The notes under the pieces were generated by a model. The model had not been told where the DNA came from and did not search any database. It worked only from the letters and a program-made list of their open reading frames with translations. From the NCBI GenBank assembly GCA_007376405.1, contig VMGD01000004.1, positions 8,960 to 72,959 of the forward strand: a DNA stretch of 64,000 nucleotides, given 5' to 3'. This DNA is from Microgenomates group bacterium Gr01-1014_7 (GTDB lineage Bacteria; Patescibacteriota; Microgenomatia; Daviesbacterales; UBA10151). Below, one piece after another: positions 56,753-64,000 of the stretch; the stretch's first letter is position 1, and every line of letters begins with the position of its first letter. The translations under genes and the position numbers were made by a program.

Positions 56753-58938
56753 AGATACTTTCTATCCATAGCAACTTTCACAATGTGGCCCTTAAAACGA
56801 ATTTGAGAAGAGATACTTTCCCATTTCCAAGGCAGGTTTGCTGGATTGAATTCGAGCACGTCTTCATGAAGTCGGACTCCCGGAAGTCCGAGTCTGAGCG
56901 CTTGATCTAGTCCTCCAATAGCGGCAATGTGTGAACCAACACTATTGTTTTTTTTCTTATCCCGCAGGTCAACATAAAGAGTGTTCTCAAGATGTCCCTC
57001 TACCCCTTCCATGTCGCCCACCCGCATTGCCATGATTGCGTGAATAGGATCACTTAGAGACGACCCGTGTGAAGTACGCCTAGAGTAGTAGTAATAATTT
57101 TCCCTCTCAGCTGCTGGATCCTCTTCTCCCAAAAGGTATGAAGCAAGAAGCACATCTGCCTGTTTATCTGTATCCTGCTGCCAAGGTTCCTTTCCTTCTT
57201 CTTTGTGAACTACATCCATAGTAGGTTTGCCTTTATATTGAGGAAGGTTCAAGTCAGTATGTGCAAGGCCAAAATACCCCTCAAACTGTTCATAGAGCTT
57301 CGTTCTTTTATCAAATGGGAGGTACAGCTTATCGGCAACATCTCTCCACTCCTCGATAGTCTCAGATGTCAAGCCCAGCCACGGTGCAACTGCTGGGTCG
57401 TCTTTTGCAAAAAGTTCCCATACCCTGATTGCTTTTTGGATATTCCACTTAGCCATTCGATTCGTATACGCATTGTTATTCACTCCCACTTCTCCGTCTG
57501 GGTCCTTCTCATGATACTCATCAGGACCGATGACCCGATTCAGTACGTAGTATTGGGGATTTTCTCCGCTGTCCTGCTTTGCCTTTGAGACCCAAAACCG
57601 GGCGGTTTCAACAATCATTTCTAAACCAGCCTGACGCATAAACTCCACATCATTATTTGCTAAAAAATGCTGCCATGTACCATAAGCAACAGCCGCACTA
57701 ATATGGTATTCCTTCTCACCAGTGTAAATTGGTATGAGCTTACCATCTTGTCCTCGTACCCATCTCGGAGTAGCTTCGTGTCCTGTATCCGCACTCTCCC
57801 ACGGAATAAGTGCTCCTTCGTATCCAAGCTCTCTTGCTTTCTCTCTTGCGGCATCGAGACGATTGTACCGATACATAAGAAGTGCTCGTGCGGCATCTGG
57901 GTTAGTATGAATATAAAAAGGCAACATGAATATCTCAGTATCCCAAAACACATGGCCGAAGTAGCCATCTTTGGGTAAATTATCAAGTCCCTTCGCGGCG
58001 ATACTTGTGATACCTTCTGTCTCCTCTTGAGGAGTAAGTTGTATAAGCTTAAAAATACTGTGCCGCACTGCTTGTTGCGCATGTTCGTCCCCCTCTATTA
58101 CTATATCGGCATGTTCCCATCGCTCAGTGAACCAAGAAACATTTGTCTCTAGAAGTTTTGCAAATGAAAGTTTCCTTGTACTTACAATTGCTTCTTGACT
58201 TTTTGCCAATGGGTTATTGCTCTCATGGGAAGAATGAATTGCTACTACGCCACTATATCTGCGCCTCGTTGGGCTTGCAGGAGATTGCAAAACCTCGTTA
58301 TAACTGCTTACAATAGCGATTTGGTGATTCCTGTCGCCATTTGTTCTCGCTAAATGATAGATAGTTGAGTGGTTAAGTACACCCTTTGATTCTTCCTCAA
58401 GGTATCTTGTTTCTTTATTCGTCACGTCTGACTGAATTCCTAATACAAGCGTAACTTCTTGTGGCCTTTCGGCTATTATCTCTGCCTCAAAAGCAGCAAG
58501 ATGAGGCTGTGTATGACTTGGGAGTTCTCGTATTCTAAGCCCTACCTCTTGACCATCACTATTAAGGGTTACATTATATGTAAGTGTTCCATCTCGCATA
58601 TTGAGTTCTCGAATAGTAGGGTACTTGGTCGTATCAACAGTAACTTCCTCATCTCCAGTACGGAGGGTAAAATCTTGGAAGTTTGGAATATTAACAAAAT
58701 CTGGAATGGTGCTTGGGTTTTCGATTCCTTCATCTGGAAGAGACGGTTCCTGTTCGTAAAGGCCATTAATGTATGTTGCGGCATGTTTCCCAAAGGAAGC
58801 TCTCCAACCCATGTAACCGTTGGCAAGTGAACAAATAACTTCACCGTGGCCTGGGTTCTCGGGATCGTGACCTATGCGAATAATCCACTCGGATGCGGAA
58901 TTTTCTTCAACCCCTATAAGTTTTTCGGCAAGTGCCAT
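56638..58938 (-). CDS. Glycoside hydrolase family 65 (disaccharide phosphorylase-like)
   Basis: LANGYMG.R, Y.GHVFWDTE, HIS..VAY, VIGPDEYHE, NNAYTN, KQADV, HGSSLS. Confidence 0.92.
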   Translation of the reverse strand: MALAEKLIGVEENSASEWIIRIGHDPENPGHGEVICSLANGYMGWRASFGKHAATYINGLYEQEPSLPDEGIENPSTIPDFVNIPNFQDFTLRTGDEEVTVDTTKYPTIRELNMRDGTLTYNVTLNSDGQEVGLRIRELPSHTQPHLAAFEAEIIAERPQEVTLVLGIQSDVTNKETRYLEEESKGVLNHSTIYHLARTNGDRNHQIAIVSSYNEVLQSPASPTRRRYSGVVAIHSSHESNNPLAKSQEAIVSTRKLSFAKLLETNVSWFTERWEHADIVIEGDEHAQQAVRHSIFKLIQLTPQEETEGITSIAAKGLDNLPKDGYFGHVFWDTEIFMLPFYIHTNPDAARALLMYRYNRLDAAREKARELGYEGALIPWESADTGHEATPRWVRGQDGKLIPIYTGEKEYHISAAVAYGTWQHFLANNDVEFMRQAGLEMIVETARFWVSKAKQDSGENPQYYVLNRVIGPDEYHEKDPDGEVGVNNNAYTNRMAKWNIQKAIRVWELFAKDDPAVAPWLGLTSETIEEWRDVADKLYLPFDKRTKLYEQFEGYFGLAHTDLNLPQYKGKPTMDVVHKEEGKEPWQQDTDKQADVLLASYLLGEEDPAAERENYYYYSRRTSHGSSLSDPIHAIMAMRVGDMEGVEGHLENTLYVDLRDKKKNNSVGSHIAAIGGLDQALRLGLPGVRLHEDVLEFNPANLPWKWESISSQIRFKGHIVKVAMDRKYLYLLSDDAIPVRVWGQAVELTPGDVRQISLAFFNKILS

Positions 58939-58994
58939 ATAAAATTACCTACGCCAATATAATCAGCATACATATATTTCTTGAAAAAAGTCAA

Positions 58995-60746
58995 CTATTG
59001 GTTGACAATAAATCCCTTAACCTGATGGTCCCACATTTTTTTGAAAATACCTTCTTGTTTTGTAAGCAGCTCATCAGGTGAGCCGTCTTCCGCAATTTCT
59101 CCGTTTTCAATAATTACTAATCTATCCATCTTTTTTAAAGTAGATAACCTGTGGGCTATTGCTATAACTGTTCTTCCTTTCATCAATTTCTCCAGGGAAA
59201 TTTGGATGGCATGTTCGCTCTCACTGTCCAGGCTGCTGGTAGCCTCATCCAGTATAAGGATTGGAACATTTTTTAAAAAGGCCCTGGCAATGGCAACTCT
59301 TTGCCGCTGTCCCCCCGATAGCTTCACTCCTCTTTCTCCCACCAGGGTGTCATACCCCTGTGGAAGTTTTTCTATAAACTCATGAGCCTGGGCCAATTTT
59401 GCAGCAGTCCTTACTTTTGCGTCAGTTGCTTGCGGGTTAGAGTAGCGGATATTTTCCCGGATGGTCCGGTGAAACAAACTGGTATCCTGGGGCACAAAGG
59501 CTATCACGCTTCGTAAACTCTCCAGGGTTACATTCTGAATATTTTGGTCATCAATTCTAATTTCACCCGATTGCACATCAAAATGGCGCAAAAGCAAAGA
59601 TACAAACGTAGATTTACCCGCACCGCTTCTTCCCACCAGCCCTATCTTTTGCCCCGCAGGTATTTCCAGGGAAAAATTCTTAAAAACTTTAGTATTTTCA
59701 TAGTCAAAATCAATTGATTCAATGGAAATTGCGCCTCTTAAAAATTTAAGGTTGCTGGCATTTGGAGCATCCACAATTAAGTGTTCTTTCAGGATTTCAT
59801 CCAGCCCTTCACTGGCCTCACCATAAAGCCTTGCAGCTTCTTTTATCTCCTGGCCGATAAACAGGAATTGATGTGATAAATCTGTAACCATTGCCAAAAC
59901 CATAATCACAACACCAATAGTAACCAGATTGTTTTGTAAAAGGAGCACCGATCCGCCAATCATTAGCAGGGTAAAGATAAATATCAGGACGCCGTTTATA
60001 ACCAGTATCCATTCGCTAAACCACCAGTGTGAAAGTCCCGCGTCATATTGTTTTTTCACAAACCCTCCAATATATTCCCGCTCTCCGGCAATGTAGGCAT
60101 ATTCCTGTACTAAAGATATATTGGAAAGCGAATCAACAATCCTGCCTTTAAGAGTGGAGAGGGATTTGGCAAAGCGGTATGAATAAACTTGCAATTTCTT
60201 TGCCAAAAATATATTGGATCCCACAAACACCATTGACCACACCAAAAGGATTGCTCCCAGCCTTAAATCGGCAACTGCGGCATAGATCGTATACCAGATT
60301 AACCCAAGAAACATCGGTATAAACTGCCAAAGCGACTTTTCAAACAAATGTTCGGTGCCGTCAACAGCATGTGATATTTTATTGGCAAGTGCTCCTGCAA
60401 ATCTACTGTTAAAGTAGTCCTTACTATGAAGGGATAAGTAGTTGTACAAAGCGCCGTAAGCGCTGGTGCGAAGCCCCATAAACCATCTCATGCCGGAAAA
60501 TCCGCTTATTCTCCATAGAATCCTGGCCACAAAATGCAAACTGGGATAGCCCAGGCCCCACAGCCAGATAATGTTCCAGTTAATAGTTGGCGCTGTCAGG
60601 GAGTCTGTTAAATTGCGAAGGAAAACAACCATCAGCCGGTCCAGACCTGTTGCTACAAATATGGCAATTAAGGAAATAGTAGCCCAGCCCGCATGAGGTT
60701 TGCTGGCAAAAATCCCAAATAAAAACGGTTTCTTCGGAATATCCAT
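58995..60746 (-). CDS. ABC exporter, fused permease plus ATPase
   Basis: TM domain; GRSGAGKS, LSGGQRQR, ILDEATS, IAHRLST. Confidence 0.95.
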   Translation of the reverse strand: MDIPKKPFLFGIFASKPHAGWATISLIAIFVATGLDRLMVVFLRNLTDSLTAPTINWNIIWLWGLGYPSLHFVARILWRISGFSGMRWFMGLRTSAYGALYNYLSLHSKDYFNSRFAGALANKISHAVDGTEHLFEKSLWQFIPMFLGLIWYTIYAAVADLRLGAILLVWSMVFVGSNIFLAKKLQVYSYRFAKSLSTLKGRIVDSLSNISLVQEYAYIAGEREYIGGFVKKQYDAGLSHWWFSEWILVINGVLIFIFTLLMIGGSVLLLQNNLVTIGVVIMVLAMVTDLSHQFLFIGQEIKEAARLYGEASEGLDEILKEHLIVDAPNASNLKFLRGAISIESIDFDYENTKVFKNFSLEIPAGQKIGLVGRSGAGKSTFVSLLLRHFDVQSGEIRIDDQNIQNVTLESLRSVIAFVPQDTSLFHRTIRENIRYSNPQATDAKVRTAAKLAQAHEFIEKLPQGYDTLVGERGVKLSGGQRQRVAIARAFLKNVPILILDEATSSLDSESEHAIQISLEKLMKGRTVIAIAHRLSTLKKMDRLVIIENGEIAEDGSPDELLTKQEGIFKKMWDHQVKGFIVNQ

Positions 60747-60816
60747 AGATTCTTAAAATTATATCAGAGAAACGATAAAAATAGTCTGGCAGGGAGAAAA
60801 TAAAGGATCTTTGTTT

Positions 60817-61107
60817 CTAGTTACTTCTTTTGATATAAATAAATACTATTAAGCAAAGAGCAATTAAGATTATTGAACCAACAGTAGATAGTAGCGAAAT
60901 CAGTTTGGATTTAGCAGTATAGAAACTAAATCCCGTTGTTGTTATTACTGCAATAATAAATGCATAATAAATAGGAGTAAAGTCTGGCAAGAAAAATGAA
61001 GTCTTGGGTGTATATATGCTGGAAATAAAAAATGAGAGCCCAATAAAGATTACCCAAAATACAGAACCAGTTATTAATGAATATTGCCAAAGCGGAAGTT
61101 TTTGCAT
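60817..61107 (-). CDS. Small three-TM membrane protein flanked by 15-bp direct repeats
   Basis: Start MQKLP; CTGGCAGGGAGAAAA at 60786-60800 and 61147-61161. Confidence 0.55.
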   Translation of the reverse strand: MQKLPLWQYSLITGSVFWVIFIGLSFFISSIYTPKTSFFLPDFTPIYYAFIIAVITTTGFSFYTAKSKLISLLSTVGSIILIALCLIVFIYIKRSN

Positions 61108-61199
61108 AAGACCAGTATGAAGGAACTGTATTAAACTGTCAATTTCCTGGCAGGGAGAAAACACTACACTATCACACTCACACCCCTGGGGTGTGATAG

Positions 61200-61420
61200 C
61201 TTCACACCGTACCCATCCCGGTATGTCGCCTCAACCCGAACAAATCTCAAAGAAATTTGAGCGGGTTAACCCATACCGGGCATGGGTTTAGTTTGTCTTG
61301 GAAAACGCGGACTTTGTCCGCCGAAGGCTTCGGCGAGGCGAGCATAGCCTTTCTCGGCCTTCGTAGCCACTCCGGCGAAGGAGGCGGCGACGTACGACAA
61401 GTCAAACCGGCACTCGAGAC
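61200..61420 (-). ncRNA. Candidate structured leader RNA (copy B), with REP inserts
   Basis: Nested helices; G-U wobbles favour the minus strand; shares AGTGCCGGTTTGRCTTG with 62998-63103. Confidence 0.45.
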
Positions 61421-61515
61421 CTTAACAGCCAAATATAAGCAAAGCTTGCGAGCTAATCGCTCTTAAACAAAGTTTGTTACTTCGTAATAAAGAAAAGCTT
61501 AATAAATTTGGCCAC

Positions 61516-61543
61516 TTGCAACCGTCTTGATAAGTGGTATAGT
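61516..61543 (+). promoter_or_regulatory. sigma70 promoter driving the RNA antisense to DUF3800
   Basis: TTGCAA-N16-TATAGT with extended -10 TG; no plus-strand ORF follows. Confidence 0.65.
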
Positions 61544-61553
61544 TAAATTAACT

Positions 61554-61629
61554 TAAGCTCTCTGTAAGTGAAAGCAGGCTTCATGCCTTGCGCGAGGAAA
61601 CTCGCCTAGCTTACAGGGGGCTTATTTTT
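61554..61629 (+). ncRNA. DUF3800-associated three-way-junction ncRNA
   Basis: P1 TAAGCTCTCTGTAAG/CTTACAGGGGGCTTA, P2 GCAGGC-ttcat-GCCTTGC, P3 GCGAG-GAAA-CTCGC, then T5. Confidence 0.7.
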
Positions 61630-62393
61630 GATACATCAAATTTATTCTTAGAGTGATAAAAGTTCTTAGGATATTTATCCGTATCGTAAATATCAACTAA
61701 ATAACGTATTTTCTCTCCGATAAATTTATAAAACCGCATATCTTTTTTAATAAATGCTCTTTGTACTGCCCAGTTGACATAATCAATAACCTGTAGACAT
61801 GGTTCGCCTGAGGGGGATTGTGGGTTCACCTTAATTGAGGACTCTACCTTTTTGCCCCATTTTTTCTCGAAACTTTGAATTGCTTTTTGAATTGCATTTT
61901 CCAATGGAATCTGGCGGGTTTTACTCCCCCTCACGGCAAAGAAAATTTCATTATGTTTTGATAAGTGAATCTTATTTTCAAATAATTTACTTATTAAGTC
62001 GTCATAAAATTCACTTTCGTTTTTATGATGCCTTTTGTTAAAGATATTTTTAATTTTCCTTGCAACAAAAATTTCAGCTGTAAAGTCCAATTTTACAATT
62101 GTTCTATAGACTCTTTCACGAACTTCTGCGCAGTCATCCTTTGCATGGAAAGCTACTGCGCTTTTTTGAAGAGAAGGAATACCCTCTAAATATTCATCAG
62201 AGATAATCTCTTTCCTTAAATTCTCAAGTTTCTGCCTAATTGTCCTGGGATCGTCTGTTTTAATAAACCCAAGAATAAGAATTTTAGAGACACCTTCTTG
62301 ACCGACGATATAATTGCCATATCTATCGTAAAAAGTTGGATCTCCGGATTCATCAACGAAAAAATATGTAGTTTTCTCTTGTAATTTTTTCAT
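61611..62393 (-). CDS. DUF3800-family protein
   Basis: N-terminal FFVDESGD, FHAKDD, C-terminal LQVIDYVNWAV (QxxD). Confidence 0.85.
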   Translation of the reverse strand: MKKLQEKTTYFFVDESGDPTFYDRYGNYIVGQEGVSKILILGFIKTDDPRTIRQKLENLRKEIISDEYLEGIPSLQKSAVAFHAKDDCAEVRERVYRTIVKLDFTAEIFVARKIKNIFNKRHHKNESEFYDDLISKLFENKIHLSKHNEIFFAVRGSKTRQIPLENAIQKAIQSFEKKWGKKVESSIKVNPQSPSGEPCLQVIDYVNWAVQRAFIKKDMRFYKFIGEKIRYLVDIYDTDKYPKNFYHSKNKFDVSKISPL

Positions 62394-62645
62394 CTTGCTA
62401 AAATAACCCGTTCTTCAGCATCCGGACTATGAATGTACTCATATATTACCTTAAAAGCTAGTAAATCAATATGTTTCATATAATCTACAGCGGTACAATT
62501 TTAAATCCCCGAATTATTGTCCCTTGCCCAGGATGCCCTCTGAAACCGATCATGCCATATTGTTCTCTAAACAGAATTTCCTGTACAACTTCTGTCACTG
62601 CCTTGCCTGTCCGACTCCTAATTAGCCAAAATTTAGTGCCAAGAT

Positions 62646-62966
62646 TTAGTGCGGGATTTCCAGCCAAATGACAGGTTCACTGCCTGTATTCCGCAAATCG
62701 TGTCCGGCGGGGATTACTCCGACTTCGCCGGGGCCAAATTCAATTTCATCACCTCCGGGCATACGGACATGAAATTTACCTGAAACTACGTATAGCATAT
62801 GGTCATATGGACAATCTTCCCCATGATACCCCGGCTGTGCCGTATTCCTCTGCAATTTAAGACCCTCTCCCACATCAAGAATTTCAAGCTTCATCGTTTC
62901 TTTTGGATTATAGACTTCATCCGGAGACGTAAAATTCTTCTTAATAATAGTTTTCATTATTTTCAC
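62646..62966 (-). CDS. Cupin-domain protein
   Basis: CPYDHMLYVVSGKFHVRM...GPGEVGVIPAGHD; GGAGGT RBS. Confidence 0.88.
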   Translation of the reverse strand: MKIMKTIIKKNFTSPDEVYNPKETMKLEILDVGEGLKLQRNTAQPGYHGEDCPYDHMLYVVSGKFHVRMPGGDEIEFGPGEVGVIPAGHDLRNTGSEPVIWLEIPH

Positions 62967-62997
62967 CTCCCTTACTTATGACATACTGCTAAAACCA

Positions 62998-63103
62998 AAG
63001 TACCGTTCTGATCTGCGGTGTCTGGTTGACTATGTTGGAAATTATTTCAAAGAGCAGTTAGAACAACTTTCTGCTCCTTACCCTCAAGCCAAACCGGCAC
63101 TTG
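62998..63103 (-). ncRNA. Candidate structured leader RNA (copy A) upstream of cupin
   Basis: AAGTGCCG...CGGTACTT closing helix, inner helices, shared 5' motif with copy B. Confidence 0.45.
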
Positions 63104-63209
63104 TTTACTCTAAATTATAGCAAAAAAAGGATATAAGTGTGAGTGAGCTTTACGCTTGCTATAAGGGGTTTACAGGGTGCCACAGGGGCTAAAAGGAGGC
63201 TGTTAGGTT

Positions 63210-63731
63210 ATGAGTGATAAACCAGTGAGAGAAAATATAAGACAGCATCAGGCATTATTGGCATACAGCAGCATGCCCGATCCTTCACTTCAAAAATTGC
63301 ACCAAACATGGGCCGAATATGTACCAAAATTCAAAAAACCCGCCTTTAGGACATTAAAAAGCTGGTCTGCAAAATACCAATGGGTAGAAAGATCCCAGGC
63401 AATCCATCAGGCGGCAAAAGATGAGGCAATAAAGAAGATTATTGCTAATCTAACAATGGGGAAAGAGGAAATTTTGGCAATTACCCGGGCTGTGATGATC
63501 CGGTACGGAGCTCAGTTAAAGGATAATCTACAAGGGAGGCTTACCATCTTAGACTTCGAAAGGGCATGGAGGATTCAAAGGATAGAGCTGGGTTTACCAA
63601 CAGAGATTGGCAGTCATGAAGTTGCTATAAAAGATTGCTATGAAGGAATAAGCGATGAGGAACTTATTTTGCAGCTTGAGGAATTAACAGCTAAATATAA
63701 AGAAAGGCTTAGCAGGCAACAAGTAGTATAA
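63210..63731 (+). CDS. HTH protein resembling phage terminase small subunit-like proteins
   Basis: TLKSWSAKYQWVERSQA motif; LELGLPTE-like C-terminal segment. Confidence 0.5.
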   Translation: MSDKPVRENIRQHQALLAYSSMPDPSLQKLHQTWAEYVPKFKKPAFRTLKSWSAKYQWVERSQAIHQAAKDEAIKKIIANLTMGKEEILAITRAVMIRYGAQLKDNLQGRLTILDFERAWRIQRIELGLPTEIGSHEVAIKDCYEGISDEELILQLEELTAKYKERLSRQQVV

Positions 63732-63740
63732 ATCACTATT

Positions 63741-64000
63741 TTAAATTTTAGCTTGGTTATCTCCCAATATAATCTGGCAAGTATAATTGGAAAAAAGAAA
63801 AAAGGCAGCATCTCGTTCTTCCAGGGAAGATTTACTGGAAATCATGTAACTAAAATTTCTTCTCATATTCTCTTGGGATTTTTGATATGCCTCCTGGGTA
63901 CTATTTCCCTTGATTAAGGTAATAGGTACCAGATTTGATGGCTCTAAAAAGAGTTTGGCGATTGGATCAGTTAATGGTTTAGTCCCTCGTTCTTTTGAGC
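63741..64000 (-). CDS. Hypothetical protein, C-terminal part (runs off window)
   Basis: Open frame ...DPIAKLFLEPSNLVPITLIKGNSTQEAYQKSQ...QIILGDNQAKI*. Confidence 0.65.
   Translation of the reverse strand, partial: SKERGTKPLTDPIAKLFLEPSNLVPITLIKGNSTQEAYQKSQENMRRNFSYMISSKSSLEERDAAFFLFSNYTCQIILGDNQAKI

Noticed and set aside
61247..61466. 61-aa and 69-aa ORFs
   Set aside because: They lie over palindromic REP and structured-RNA sequence and have non-protein-like composition

Overview
A low-GC bacterial chromosome segment starting at the replication origin (dnaA C-terminus, DnaA boxes, dnaN). Gene content suggests a Patescibacteria/CPR genome, probably Microgenomates; this is inferred from the PrgI/VirB4/VirB6-like/multi-pilin locus, compact core genes, and abundant REP-like and 7-mer repeats. 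The minus-strand T4SS-like locus (2-8.3 kb and 25.4-33.4 kb) is split by about 17 kb of mostly plus-strand cargo: a cobalamin-riboswitch-led unknown gene, a VapBC module, a ~10 kb enzyme cluster and a 1,581-aa unknown protein. The cluster holds an MtxX/methanogenesis-marker-4 homologue, an amidohydrolase, three His-swivel dikinase subunits, one stand-alone ATP-grasp subunit, an SDR and a PNPOx-like protein. Three copies of a 29-bp semi-palindromic site separate the cargo blocks. Next come spoIID-like, smpB, ssrA, comF, two tRNA-Ser genes and a degraded tRNA-integrated island containing a transglutaminase/vWA::serine-recombinase chimera. After that lie three more tRNAs, a GH65, an ABC transporter, and a DUF3800 gene with a convergent structured ncRNA under its own promoter. 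Best candidates for undescribed systems: the split modular dikinase plus MtxX cassette, the 29-bp cassette boundaries, the DUF3800-antisense RNA pair, and a two-copy structured leader RNA. All family assignments come from motif recognition by eye; no searches were run.
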